Shown piece after piece: positions 20,126-30,631 of a DNA stretch of 64,000 nucleotides. Position numbers and translations under genes: made by a program. This DNA comes from an uncultured delta proteobacterium. Its GTDB lineage: Bacteria; Bdellovibrionota; FAC87; UBA2466. The notes beneath the pieces are model-generated. The model saw only the letters and a program-made list of their open reading frames with translations, was not told the DNA's origin and ran no database searches. The number at the start of each line of letters is the position of its first letter. Position 1 is the first letter of the stretch. The stretch spans positions 1,824,001 through 1,888,000 of the forward strand of contig CAVZSV010000004.1 in the NCBI GenBank assembly GCA_963778115.1, read 5' to 3'.

Positions 20126-21589
20126 GCTCGCAAGCCGACATTGTGGTCGTGGGGGCTGGTCCCGTAGGTCTCATGTGTGCCTATCTGGGACAGCTCTGTG
20201 GTTTGCGCACGGTGGTCGTTGATAAGTCTGACAAACCTTTGGAGGTCGGAAGAGCGGATGCTCTTAATGCACGTACCTTGCAACTTCTTGAGTCGGTCGA
20301 TCTCTTTGACGAGCTCTATCCGCTAGGAAAGACCTGCAATACAAGTTCGGTATGGGCAGAGGGGAAATTTATTTCCCGTCAATCTTCCTGGTGGGATGAT
20401 CTTGAGGGCTGTTTTCATAAGCATTTTCTGATGCTGGGTCAATCTTACGTAGAGAAGCTTTTAGATGAAAAGCTAAAGCAACTCGGATCCGGCGTGAAAC
20501 GTTCCACTGCCAGTCGAGAACATTGAAGTGATTGGAAATCAGTGTGTCACCACACTCTGCACCGGAGAGAAAGTACAATCGAGTTATATTATCGGAGCGG
20601 ACGGTTCCCGTTCGTTCGTCCGCGACCATTTTAAAATACCTTTCGAAATCGTACGACCTCAGATCTCATGGGCCGTCATTGATGGCGTCATCGAAACCGA
20701 TTTTCAAAAAGTTCCTGAAATCATCGTTTTCCAGGCGGAAACCTCCGACGTGGCATGGATTCCCAGGGAGGGGGAGATCGATCGGTTTTACGTTAGGATG
20801 GACGCCGAAAATTTTACTTTCGAGGATGTGGCCCAGAAAATCAAACGCGCCATACGGCCTCACTCAATAAACTTTAAGCATATTGAATGGTATTCGCACT
20901 TTTCGGTCAAGGAATCGGTGGCTGACAAATTCGCCGTTCATGATCGCGTTTTTCTTGCGGGAGATGCCTGTCATATCCATTCGGTTAATGGCGGACAGGG
21001 TCTCAATACCGGACTTGCCGATGCTTTCAATCTTATGTGGAAGTTGAATATGGTTTTGCAGTTCGGTGCCCCCACGAAACTTCTGCAAAGTTATGAAAGC
21101 GAGCGCAAACCGGTTGCCCAAAGCGTGATTGCGGCTTCAGGAGAGCTTGTTCGCTCGACAAAGTTCTCCCAGAGTGGAACCCATGCCCAGGACTACGTAA
21201 AAATCGTCCAAAAACGTGCCGGAAATATCACTGGAATGGGAATTCGTTACGGCGAACAAGGCCTCCCCGGTTCGAGGTTGTTTGACCTGGAAGTTTATCA
21301 GGACACCGTCAAAACTAGGCTTTACTCCCTTTTGGACTATTCTCAATTCACTCTTCTCATTTTTGGTGACCGCCTTGCCTCGTTCGACTTACCGGAATTT
21401 GTAAGGGTCATTCAAATTCATCACACAAAGTGCGAGGAGGGTTGTTTTGCGGAAAGCTCTCCCTATGAAAATCAGGCGATTTTAGTCCGACCTGATTCCT
21501 ATATCGAATCGTCAACACTGCTAGATAACCTTGAATCCTCCTTTGCTTGGCCAGAGTTTTATAACAAGAGCCGGGAGCTTCGCGCGTGA
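20122..21589 (+). pseudogene. FAD-dependent monooxygenase (PheA/TfdB-like) with a +1 frameshift near 20510-20512
   Basis: GAGPVG, GADG..S.VR, LAGDACH...GGQGLNTG; deleting one base gives a 488-aa ORF; may be a sequencing error. Confidence 0.85.
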
Positions 21590-22812
21590 ATAGACCCGTC
21601 GTTATCGTCGACCCGTTGTCATCAGGAATAGAGCTGGCGCCGGCCTTTAAGGCACGGGGAATCCCTGCGATAGCCCTCACTCTGGAAAATCAGGAATGGC
21701 CCGAATTCGGATCTAGAATCCAGGCTTCTGACTTTGTTGAAATCATTCCCAACCAGCCTGACATTGCTAAGCTCATTAAGAGGTATGATCCCATTGGGGT
21801 GATTCCAGGGACCGAGGAAGGTATCCCTCTAGCAGAGAGTCTAACGGCACTTTTGACGCCCCAGTTTGCCAATGATCCCACAAAAGCGCTTCATCGATCG
21901 CACAAGGCTCTTATGCAAAAGGCTTTGGAAGAATCCGGAGTTCCCGCACTGAAGACGATCCATACTGCTTCTGAACGCCTTGCTGAAACCTGGATCAAAG
22001 ATAACGACATGCAAGATTGCCCGCTCATCATTAAACCTCCCACTTCTTCGGGAAGCGAAAGGGTGTTTCACATTTCCGTAGGAGGAGATTGGAAACGAGC
22101 GTTCAATGAAATTTTGACAGAGCCCTCAATCATTTCCGGCCTGAGAAGCGAAACGGTAGTCATTCAGGAACAAGCGATCGGGACTGAGTTTGCGATCGGC
22201 ACCGTCAGTGCCCATGGAAAACACTTTCTGGCCCATCTCATCAAATACAATAAAACCTCTTCGGGAAACCGTAAGACTGTTTTCGACCACGTTGAGTTCG
22301 TTCCGTATGGCAAAGAAACTGTGGCCGACTTATTCGAATACACGCAAAAAACGTTGGATGCTCTGGGTGTGCGTTGGGGAGCCGCGCATAACGAAATCAT
22401 GCTCACCAAAGGTGGTCCACGTCTGATCGAAACTAGTACCAGGATGATCGGAGGACCCGTGGTTGGATTTGCCCGCGCTGCCACCGGTAGCAGCCAGGCG
22501 GATAAGTTAGTGGAAGTCTATGCGGATGGCGATGTCCTAACCAGGGAATATGTTCTTAAAAAAACGGTGGTGCCTGTTTTTTTGAAAGCAAGGATTCAAG
22601 GAACCATTTCGAATGTCGAAGTCCTGGATGGTATTTCACAGTTAGGGACTCTTCTTAGTAAACATATCTGGATAAAAAATGGGGACCGCGTTCCTCAGAC
22701 GATAGATTACCTGACCAGCATAGGTATCATCGGACTAGCCGGGGACCGCGAGGCCATTTTCTTAGACTACAAAAAACTTCGAACAATGGAGTCAAGATTG
22801 GAGTTTCATTGA
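21586..22812 (+). CDS. ATP-grasp domain protein (amino acid ligase-like)
   Basis: KALMQKAL..GVP, PLIIKP..SGS, IQEQAIGTEF, HNEIML...LIET..R..G. Confidence 0.85.
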   Translation: MNRPVVIVDPLSSGIELAPAFKARGIPAIALTLENQEWPEFGSRIQASDFVEIIPNQPDIAKLIKRYDPIGVIPGTEEGIPLAESLTALLTPQFANDPTKALHRSHKALMQKALEESGVPALKTIHTASERLAETWIKDNDMQDCPLIIKPPTSSGSERVFHISVGGDWKRAFNEILTEPSIISGLRSETVVIQEQAIGTEFAIGTVSAHGKHFLAHLIKYNKTSSGNRKTVFDHVEFVPYGKETVADLFEYTQKTLDALGVRWGAAHNEIMLTKGGPRLIETSTRMIGGPVVGFARAATGSSQADKLVEVYADGDVLTREYVLKKTVVPVFLKARIQGTISNVEVLDGISQLGTLLSKHIWIKNGDRVPQTIDYLTSIGIIGLAGDREAIFLDYKKLRTMESRLEFH

Positions 22813-22933
22813 AAAGCCCTGTCTTCCTGATGGCGGGAACTCTGACGAACGTTCGGGGCTAATTATAAATATGATTAGAAGCCATAATCACTATCATAGA
22901 CAAATTTTATCATCCTATGCTACTCCTGGCCCT

Positions 22934-23779
22934 ATGCTGGCGTCGGCAACCGAGATCGAATATTTTATCGAAGTCTATCACACGCGCCACATCTCCAAGG
23001 CTGCCATGAGACTTGGGGTCACCCAACCCACTCTTACGTTAAGCCTACAACGTTTAGAGGATAAGCTCGGAGTGAAGCTGTTTCACCGGACGAAGCAGGG
23101 AGTAGTTCCGACAGAACAAGGGGCATTATTCTACAAGAAGGCTCACAGCTTCGTAGATTCGTGGAATGAGCTGCATCATGACCTCGGGGAATCGATAGAT
23201 GCCCTTCAAGGTCGATTCAAGGTGGGATGTCACCAGAGTGTGGGCGCCTACACGCTACCTCGATTTCTCGATAGCCTTCAGAAACACGCGCCCAGAATTG
23301 AAATCGAACTGATCCATGATTTTTCAAGAAGGATCACGGAAAAGGTTGTCTCCTTCGAGATCGATCTCGGATTTGTGGTAAATCCAGTGAGACATCCCGA
23401 TCTGGTCTTAAGAAAAATGGGAGATGACCGAGTCTTGTTTTGGCGGGCCAGAGGTTCTGGATCGCTTCCGAAAAGAATTTTTGCCGATACCAATCTCGCA
23501 CAAGTCCAAGACATTCTGGGAAAGACTCATGCAAAGGAATTCAAAGACTGGAAGCTAATCAACAGCAATAGTCTTGAGCTTATTCGAACGCTAACCTTAG
23601 CTCGTCAGGGTATTGGAATTCTCCCTGAAAGAGTGGCTAAGGCAGATGGCGCGGATCTAATCCCTTACGACTCGAAACTGCCCATCTACGAAGACAAGAT
23701 TTTCTTACTTTATCGGAACGACGTTCTTTCTAACAGAGCCGGTCGGGAACTAGTGAGACTCGCCACTTTCCCTTTATAG
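22934..23779 (+). CDS. LysR-family transcriptional regulator
   Basis: ISKAAMRLGVTQPTLT...LEDKLGVKLFHR..PTEQG. Confidence 0.93.
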   Translation: MLASATEIEYFIEVYHTRHISKAAMRLGVTQPTLTLSLQRLEDKLGVKLFHRTKQGVVPTEQGALFYKKAHSFVDSWNELHHDLGESIDALQGRFKVGCHQSVGAYTLPRFLDSLQKHAPRIEIELIHDFSRRITEKVVSFEIDLGFVVNPVRHPDLVLRKMGDDRVLFWRARGSGSLPKRIFADTNLAQVQDILGKTHAKEFKDWKLINSNSLELIRTLTLARQGIGILPERVAKADGADLIPYDSKLPIYEDKIFLLYRNDVLSNRAGRELVRLATFPL

Positions 23780-23783
23780 TCGT

Positions 23784-23860
23784 AGGTGTCACTCTCCTAT
23801 CGGGCCCGATAGGTACGGGTCATATCAAAACTCCAATGTGACCCGTTCCAAAAAGGCCCG
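23784..23860. repeat. REPIN-like element, family 1 (truncated right arm)
   Basis: AGGTGTCACTCTCCTATCGGGCCCGATAGGTACGGGTCATATC...TGACCCGTTCCAAAA. Confidence 0.85.
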
Positions 23861-23953
23861 AGAAAAATAGTTCAAAGCTAGCGTTTCAAAATTATTTGCC
23901 ATCGCCCCCAATTTCGAATAACGCTCAAAGACATTGGGTGAGTTTCTTACTCG

Positions 23954-24451
23954 GTGGGGGGTTCGATGGTGCGTTTATCACTTTTTATTTTTTTGGCTTT
24001 CCTATCCGTGAACTCGGCAGCCTTGGCCGACGATGGGATTGAAAATTGTAATTACAATGAAATGACCGGAACAGTGGTGGGGAGATTCTCCGCGCACGAA
24101 CCTAAGGCCTCGCGTGGATGGGTTCCTTTAGACTTAGTTCTTTGCAAGAACGAACAACGGGTTTTTGCCATCATCAGCTCTCAAGCGGTTGCCCTTGGAG
24201 TTCTGTGGAATCTGCCTTTAAAGACTCCTGAATACAAAGGTGTTAAAGCGGAAGAGGACAAAGTTATTCTGCAATGGAGCAATCACGAAGACGATAGAGA
24301 AGCGCTTAAGGCTCTAGAAGACAAGAAAGTTCAAGCCGTTATTCTAGGTGGAACTTCGGCGACCCAGCTCACCGTGTTTCGCAAAGAACTCGAAAATGTC
24401 TACAGCAACACGCTGTTTGGGAGTTTTGTCGAAGACAAAACGCAAAAGTAG
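23954..24451 (+). CDS. Secreted hypothetical protein
   Basis: Signal peptide ending ALA; start may be a few codons downstream. Confidence 0.6.
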   Translation: MGGSMVRLSLFIFLAFLSVNSAALADDGIENCNYNEMTGTVVGRFSAHEPKASRGWVPLDLVLCKNEQRVFAIISSQAVALGVLWNLPLKTPEYKGVKAEEDKVILQWSNHEDDREALKALEDKKVQAVILGGTSATQLTVFRKELENVYSNTLFGSFVEDKTQK

Positions 24452-25009
24452 CTATTTATTAAATTTGTCCGTCGTAAAATCGAAAACTAATACGCCATTT
24501 CCTACAACCCCCTCTAACGTCACCGGCTTGGGTGGAGTATAAAGAAACTGGGCCACATCGAGTTTGAATTGTTCGTGCGCCGGTTCATAGAGGTCACTTC
24601 CATCGGCATTCTTTAAGATGGCGGTCCCCGCTTGTCCCGCGGTGAGTCTGCCCACGTAATAGTCGCGATCGTTTTCGCTTTTGAAAGTGACTAAAAAGCC
24701 GTGGGTGAGTCCGAGATCCGCACCCTCGGGACTATTAGCAAGGCCTGCATCTAAAGAGATGATGTAAGGTTTTCCGCTGCGTTTACATTCTTGTTTTAAG
24801 GCCAGAAAACGCCTTGTAATCATTTTTACATCAGCGGCCGTCGTGTCGGGCTTGTACCGAAATAATACGAGGTGCTTTACTACGCCGATTTGCGAACTTA
24901 ATTCGCGGGGTTCTTCCTTGGGGGCTGGCATGTCCGCGAAAATAGGAAGGCACAACAACGATAGCATCAGCATGAGAGAGAGTTTCATAATAGCTCCTGG
25001 TTTGAACAA
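24452..25009 (-). CDS. Secreted Dabb (stress-responsive A/B barrel) protein
   Basis: VKHLVLFRYK...G.ANSPE...GLTHGFLVTF.S..DRDYY...H..FK...VLVFDF. Confidence 0.85.
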   Translation of the reverse strand: MFKPGAIMKLSLMLMLSLLCLPIFADMPAPKEEPRELSSQIGVVKHLVLFRYKPDTTAADVKMITRRFLALKQECKRSGKPYIISLDAGLANSPEGADLGLTHGFLVTFKSENDRDYYVGRLTAGQAGTAILKNADGSDLYEPAHEQFKLDVAQFLYTPPKPVTLEGVVGNGVLVFDFTTDKFNK

Positions 25010-25051
25010 ACGCCCGGAGACTCACACTCCTCATTTTAACTGTCAAGCTGG

Positions 25052-25684
25052 CTAGTTTTTGAGAAACCTAACGTCCCATTCTTCTAGAATCTCATCGCCC
25101 ATAAAAGTCTGAAGGCCTTCATCGCGATCGGTCGGATTAAATTCCCTCACGGGAAATCGAGGTTTGAGATCCTTCATTTCCTGGGCGAAGCCTTTGGGGA
25201 AAAAGGCAAAGCCGTTGAAACAATAGGAGCCAAGTATCTGCCTTAATGTCTTGTTCGGCGAGATGCGGGGAGCGATATCTCGAACCAGTTCCTTTACCGA
25301 GCAGGTCCCCACATCACCAAAGATAACCTTGGAGGATTCCGGCGATGAAGCAAGTCTGTTTTTCTTCCAACGTTCCAGAGTCTCCTTACCTTTATGGTCG
25401 AAGCAGCCCGCTTCGAAGACTTCCATCAAATCTTTGTCCTTGCTTCTTGCGACAGCATCCAAAAAGCTCACTACGTTCTCGCAGTATTCGTTTCGACGAA
25501 GAAGGTAGATACCTTCGATATAGTTAAATGCAGCAAATTGCTCGGGTTGCCCATTGGCCTCTCTTATGACCTCGGCATACTCCGCAAGGGCTGGAATCGC
25601 TGAAAAAAGAAACAACGCCAGCAACAATAACGATCGCTTCATTAAAGATTCTCCGTAGGACCGGCGTTTATAACAGATTCGCAA
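25052..25684 (-). CDS. Secreted hypothetical protein
   Basis: Signal peptide MKRSLLLLALFLFSAIPALA. Confidence 0.6.
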   Translation of the reverse strand: MRICYKRRSYGESLMKRSLLLLALFLFSAIPALAEYAEVIREANGQPEQFAAFNYIEGIYLLRRNEYCENVVSFLDAVARSKDKDLMEVFEAGCFDHKGKETLERWKKNRLASSPESSKVIFGDVGTCSVKELVRDIAPRISPNKTLRQILGSYCFNGFAFFPKGFAQEMKDLKPRFPVREFNPTDRDEGLQTFMGDEILEEWDVRFLKN

Positions 25685-25755
25685 AAGCCGAACAATCCCC
25701 TGACTCAGCCCAACGAGAAAACCCTCTTATTAAAGCTTCTTAGGAAGGGTCGAAT

Positions 25756-27117
25756 TTATACAAAGGCGCTAAAGCCCGTGATCGCGCGCCCGACAATTAG
25801 ACTATTTACTTGCGCGGTTCCTTCGTAAGAGTAAATGGCCTCGGCGTCCGCCACAAAACGAGCGACATCAAACGAAAGCAAAATGCCATTTCCGCCGTGA
25901 AGTTCTCGGGCGCGACTAACTACTTCGCGGCAACCACTCGTGCAAAAAACTTTGGCGGCTGATGCGTGTTCGTCACGCAAAATTCCATCGTCCTGCATTC
26001 TGCTAAGCCTATCGCACATGGTCTGCATGGCAGTGAGTTGGCCTAGCATATTGGCCAGCATGTTTTGAACAAGTTGAAAACTTCCGATGGGGCGTCCGAA
26101 CTGCATGCGCTCTTGGCAGTATTTTACCGTGTGCTCATAGGCTCCTCTAGCACATCCCACCGCTTGCCAAGCGACTCCGGCACGAGTCATGCGCAATACG
26201 TTGGCGACGTCTTTAAAGGATTTTGCGTTTTGAAGGCGCTTGTCTTCAGTCACTTCACAGTCTTTGAGAGTAATAAGTGCGTTTTGCACCGTCCGAAGCG
26301 CCATCTTGTCTTCTAATTTTTCGGGATGAAATCCCGGGGTATTTTTGTCGACTATAAATCCTTTCACTTCGTGATCGTCCTCGTCCTTCGCCCAAATAAT
26401 CGTTATGTCCGAGAAAGTCGCATTTCCGATCCACTTCTTTTGTCCGTTAATTACCCAGCGATCGCCCTTTCGACGACAAGTGGTTGTGAGCCCCCCGGCA
26501 ACTGCTGATCCCACATCGGGTTCGGTGAGTCCGAAAGCGCCTATCAATTCAAATCTCTGCATTTTGGGAAGGTAAAACGATTTCTGCTCTTCAGAGCCAC
26601 ACAGATAGATGGAGCCCATGGAAAGGCCGCTTTGCACGCCGAAGAAGGTGCAAAGCGAGACATCTACCCTGGCCATCTCTTGAGCCAAAAAACCTTCCAG
26701 GGTGAAAGTCTTTCCCGGGCAGCCGTATCCTTTATAGGGCAAGCCGCAAACGTTAAGGGCGGCAAGTCTTGGTATGACGTGCATCGGAAATTGCCCCTTG
26801 AGCCAATACTCGTTGGCGATGGGTTTAATTTCCGTATTCATAAAATCGCGGACTTTTAGCTGAATGGCCCTATCCTCTTCACTTAAAGTCTGGCTCAGTT
26901 CGTAAAAGTCCCCGTGAGGTTCTGGCAGATCCCGCTTTTTACGATTCGTATTTTTTGCCAACATCACGGTTAGCTTTTCTAGATCTTCAGGCTTCATGGC
27001 CATCACCCCTTCCAGAAGGGCGTTGAGATCGACCTTCTTCGCAAGAGCTGCCATCTTTTTTAAGTCTAGTTTATGAAAGAGATTTGCCGCTTCGGTTAAC
27101 GCTTCAAGAGGATTCAT
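25756..27117 (-). CDS. Acyl-CoA dehydrogenase (glutaryl-CoA DH-like clade) with N-terminal extension
   Basis: GAFGLTEPDVGS, NGQKKWIGN, GGNGI, YSYEGT. Confidence 0.92.
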   Translation of the reverse strand: MNPLEALTEAANLFHKLDLKKMAALAKKVDLNALLEGVMAMKPEDLEKLTVMLAKNTNRKKRDLPEPHGDFYELSQTLSEEDRAIQLKVRDFMNTEIKPIANEYWLKGQFPMHVIPRLAALNVCGLPYKGYGCPGKTFTLEGFLAQEMARVDVSLCTFFGVQSGLSMGSIYLCGSEEQKSFYLPKMQRFELIGAFGLTEPDVGSAVAGGLTTTCRRKGDRWVINGQKKWIGNATFSDITIIWAKDEDDHEVKGFIVDKNTPGFHPEKLEDKMALRTVQNALITLKDCEVTEDKRLQNAKSFKDVANVLRMTRAGVAWQAVGCARGAYEHTVKYCQERMQFGRPIGSFQLVQNMLANMLGQLTAMQTMCDRLSRMQDDGILRDEHASAAKVFCTSGCREVVSRARELHGGNGILLSFDVARFVADAEAIYSYEGTAQVNSLIVGRAITGFSAFV

Positions 27118-27191
27118 ACCCCTAACGGTAACATCGATTTTTGGGAAAAGGTACCCGCCGAGAGTCGTACGGAAGGTCTACCATTTGGGTG

Positions 27192-28055
27192 CTAATTAAA
27201 GCCCTCTAATATTTGAACGAGAGTCGCTAGACTATCTGGCGGTAGATTGTAGTCCCTTAAAAATCTAAGATGCACTCGAAGCAGCCTCTTGAACCCCAAC
27301 GGCACCCCTTTATCATCGATAAGTGCTTGAGTTCGGCTGAGAAGGCTATCGGTGGGTATGCCCGGATCATTCTGCCAAAAGGCGACAGGCTCTTGGAAAG
27401 CAGCATACAAGCCCGATTGATTGGCCAACTCGCGCTCTTCGGGAGTGGCCTCACTAAGTTTTCGCTCATAGGAAACCTTAGCCGCCAGCGTCTTTGAAAA
27501 GGCCTCGCGATAATCCACGAGCATTAAGGCATGGGGTACGGTGCTTCGAATGATGAAAAGTCGTCGGTAGTCGCCGATAATACTTCCTTCTAAAGTAATG
27601 TATTGCACTAAACTTTCCATGAGTTGGTCGTTCTGATTGCCCAAACGGTAAAACAGCGTAGGAGAAAGAAGAATAGAGATATCATCACGAGCCGTTTCCA
27701 ACTCCTGCCGTCCGCTAAGACCGTTATTATCAATCGCTGCTGAAACTAATTGGCTGAGTGACACTTCATACTGATCGGAGAGTATCTGAATCGCCCCGAA
27801 ATCAAATCGGAAACGTTTTTCTATTCTTTCAAGGTAGAAGAGACGAGCATTGCGTCGGGCGAGTTCGTCCTTATCGTCTTCATCATAGTAGTCGTACTGG
27901 GGATCTTGGTCGATCTTTGCCCGGATATGGACCGCAGCACGATGGAGTTCTTGCGCGCACATGCCAAAGTCATAACCGGTGGCTACTGCGCGGTCATTAG
28001 ACCCGATTACCAAGAGCACCAAGAAAGCGAATCGCATGGGTAGACGGTATGCCAC
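27192..28055 (-). CDS. Secreted hypothetical protein
   Basis: 287-aa ORF with N-terminal hydrophobic segment. Confidence 0.6.
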   Translation of the reverse strand: MAYRLPMRFAFLVLLVIGSNDRAVATGYDFGMCAQELHRAAVHIRAKIDQDPQYDYYDEDDKDELARRNARLFYLERIEKRFRFDFGAIQILSDQYEVSLSQLVSAAIDNNGLSGRQELETARDDISILLSPTLFYRLGNQNDQLMESLVQYITLEGSIIGDYRRLFIIRSTVPHALMLVDYREAFSKTLAAKVSYERKLSEATPEERELANQSGLYAAFQEPVAFWQNDPGIPTDSLLSRTQALIDDKGVPLGFKRLLRVHLRFLRDYNLPPDSLATLVQILEGFN

Positions 28056-28078
28056 AGCCTACTTTTAGACGCCAGCTT

Positions 28079-28471
28079 TTAGTCTTGGTGCTTAGGAAAC
28101 TCCGAGTGGGAATCGACGTAATATTCGAGACTTATGGCAATACTTTTCCTAAGTGGCTGGCTCACAAAGAAAAGTACCATCGCAAAGACAGCCACTAGCA
28201 CTCGCGCGAGCGGAACATTGCGTGGAGTAATGAAAAGCATCCCCAGAATAAATACTCCCGTAAGGGCTGCTGTGGTCATGTACATGAAAAACCAAGTGTC
28301 ATCCTCTCGATCGCTTATGGAGGTCCCGCAGGAAGGACACTTGGAAACGAGAACCATCCAGCCCTCATAGATAGAGGCCTTCCCACACCGGGGGCAACGC
28401 AGTGTGAAAGCTCGCTTGAAAGCTTCCATTCGTCCTCTATCGGTTCGCATTGTCGACTTCATCCTTGCCAT
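28079..28471 (-). CDS. DUF983-family membrane protein
   Basis: RCPRCG...CPSCG plus two TM helices and LRKS. Confidence 0.75.
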   Translation of the reverse strand: MARMKSTMRTDRGRMEAFKRAFTLRCPRCGKASIYEGWMVLVSKCPSCGTSISDREDDTWFFMYMTTAALTGVFILGMLFITPRNVPLARVLVAVFAMVLFFVSQPLRKSIAISLEYYVDSHSEFPKHQD

Positions 28472-28487
28472 GATACGACATTTGACG

Positions 28488-30560
28488 ATGTCCGCAACGA
28501 AACTCCCTTTCGAACTTCAGGCGACCTCCCCCGGCACAAGAGCCAGAGCATGCCGTTTTGAGACGTTACACGGCGAAGTGCTAACCCCTCATTTCATGCC
28601 TGTGGGAACGCAGGGCACCGTTCGTAGCCAAACCGCCGATAGTCTGGTGCAAAGTGGAAGTCGCATCTTGCTCGCTAATACCTACCATCTTTGGATTCGT
28701 CCGGGACTTGATGTCTTTCGCCGTTTCGGAGGGTTGCATTCGTTAATGACATGGGAAGCGCCCATCTTGACCGATTCTGGAGGGTTTCAAACTTTTTCTT
28801 TGGGAAATGCCCGAGAGATGAACGAAGAAGGGGTATCTTTCACGAGTCATATCGACGGTGTCAAGCGGCTGCTCACTCCCGAAATTAGTATCGAAGCACA
28901 AAGGACCATCGGAAGTGACATCATGATGGTGCTCGATCATTGTGTCGCTTCGACCTGCTCTTTCGAAGTCGCTAAAGAGGCGATGGATTTGACCCATCGC
29001 TGGGCCAAACGTTGTTTGAAAGCCGCTGAGGGAACTCCTCAAGCGCTATTCGGCATTATTCAAGGAGCGGCTTTTGAGCCTCTGCGACGAGAGAGTGTGG
29101 AATTTCTCTCTTCCCTCCCCTTTGACGGTTTTGCGATCGGCGGGCTTGCCGTCGGTGAGACCCGAGATCTCAGGGAACAAATTACCGAAGCGACAACGGC
29201 ATTAATGCCCGCCAATCGTCCCAGGTATTTGATGGGCGTCGGAACGCCACTAGATTTACTGCAAGCCGTTCATCGTGGTGTCGATATGTTCGATTGCATT
29301 CTGCCAATCGCACTCGCCCAAAATGGAATAGGCTTTACAACAGAAGGGAAAATAGATTTGCGCCGCGCCCGTTATGAAATGGATGAGGGCCCTATTGATG
29401 CTATGTGTTCCTGTTCGACCTGTCGGCGATACTCTCGGGCTTATTTAAGACACCTCTCCCGTTGTAAAGAATTTCTGGGGTGGCAACTTATCGGCTACCA
29501 CAACTTATGTTTTTTCCATGATCTGATGGCCAAAATGCGGGCCGCTATCATCGAAAAGCACTTTCTTGAGTTTTATATGAGTAGCAAAGAGAGGCTAGGT
29601 CTGGTCGATAATGAAAACCCGAGTCCTCCACCCGCCAAAGTAAATCGCCGAAAAAGGACAGAGCGCGGGAACTACTCCTTGGTAGTGCATCCTTCGGGAA
29701 CTGCCATTCGCCACTTTTCCGGCGAAACCATCCATTCGGTATCGGGAGGGGAAATCGAAGCCCGGAGGCTTTACGCCGAGCCTTCCCGATTTCCCGCACT
29801 CGCCAAGAAAGGGGCTAAAGAGATCGTTTTGTGGGATGTGGGACTAGGAGCCGCTTTTAATGCCATGGCTGCCATTCGAGCTTACGAAGCGATCGAGGGA
29901 GAGCGGCGCCCCTTGGTTATTCTTAGCTTTGAGAATGATCTGGATTGCCTAAGACTCGCGATGGAAAACATCGGCCAATTTCCTCATCTTCACCATGAAG
30001 CGCCCGCTAGCTTGTTAAAAGATCAGGTGTGGAATGGGAACCAGATCCGGTGGCATCTCATCGAAGGCAATTTTTTCACCACAATGTTAGAAGCTCCCGC
30101 ACCGGAACTTATTTACTTTGATCCTTTTTCCTATAAAACCGATTCCCTTCTGTGGACCTACCGCTGCTTTAAGCAGATTTACGCGTGTTGTCGTCGACAG
30201 GAATCCCAACTCTTTACCTATAGCGCTTCCACGGCCGTGCGCGCGGGCCTACTCGCTGCAGGTTTCTTTGTTGGCAAAGGTGTCGCAAGTGGTCCTAAAG
30301 AAGATACCACTTGGGCGGCAACTCGTTTGGAGCTCTTTACTGATCGAAGTCTGTTACTCGATGAAACTTGGCTCGCCCGATGGGAACGAAGTGGCGCTAA
30401 ATATCCGGCTGACATTGATCCGGCGCAGCAGGAAAGGCATGCGAGGCTCATTCTCAGCCATCCGCAGTTTCGAAGGGCTAAGTTAGATTCTCGAAATATG
30501 AAAAAATTAACTTCCAATCAACCGGTTAATTTTTCTGAAGCAGATTATCCACAGGGTTAA
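28488..30560 (+). CDS. tgt: Queuine tRNA-ribosyltransferase fused to an MnmD(MnmC)-like methyltransferase domain
   Basis: FMPVGT, NTYHL, DSGGFQ, YLMGVG, DMFDC, CSCSTC..H; then DVGLGAAFN, YFDPFS, TYSA..AVRAGLLAAGF. Confidence 0.88.
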   Translation: MSATKLPFELQATSPGTRARACRFETLHGEVLTPHFMPVGTQGTVRSQTADSLVQSGSRILLANTYHLWIRPGLDVFRRFGGLHSLMTWEAPILTDSGGFQTFSLGNAREMNEEGVSFTSHIDGVKRLLTPEISIEAQRTIGSDIMMVLDHCVASTCSFEVAKEAMDLTHRWAKRCLKAAEGTPQALFGIIQGAAFEPLRRESVEFLSSLPFDGFAIGGLAVGETRDLREQITEATTALMPANRPRYLMGVGTPLDLLQAVHRGVDMFDCILPIALAQNGIGFTTEGKIDLRRARYEMDEGPIDAMCSCSTCRRYSRAYLRHLSRCKEFLGWQLIGYHNLCFFHDLMAKMRAAIIEKHFLEFYMSSKERLGLVDNENPSPPPAKVNRRKRTERGNYSLVVHPSGTAIRHFSGETIHSVSGGEIEARRLYAEPSRFPALAKKGAKEIVLWDVGLGAAFNAMAAIRAYEAIEGERRPLVILSFENDLDCLRLAMENIGQFPHLHHEAPASLLKDQVWNGNQIRWHLIEGNFFTTMLEAPAPELIYFDPFSYKTDSLLWTYRCFKQIYACCRRQESQLFTYSASTAVRAGLLAAGFFVGKGVASGPKEDTTWAATRLELFTDRSLLLDETWLARWERSGAKYPADIDPAQQERHARLILSHPQFRRAKLDSRNMKKLTSNQPVNFSEADYPQG

Positions 30561-30569
30561 TCACAAGGC

Positions 30570-30613
30570 AAAAAAAATGCCCCGAGTGCGGCAAACTCGC
30601 CGACCCAGGGCAT
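30570..30613 (-). terminator. Rho-independent terminator downstream of ahpC
   Basis: TGCCC/GGGCA stem next to an A8 tract. Confidence 0.55.
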
Positions 30614-30631
30614 CCCTAAAAGATCCGAACT

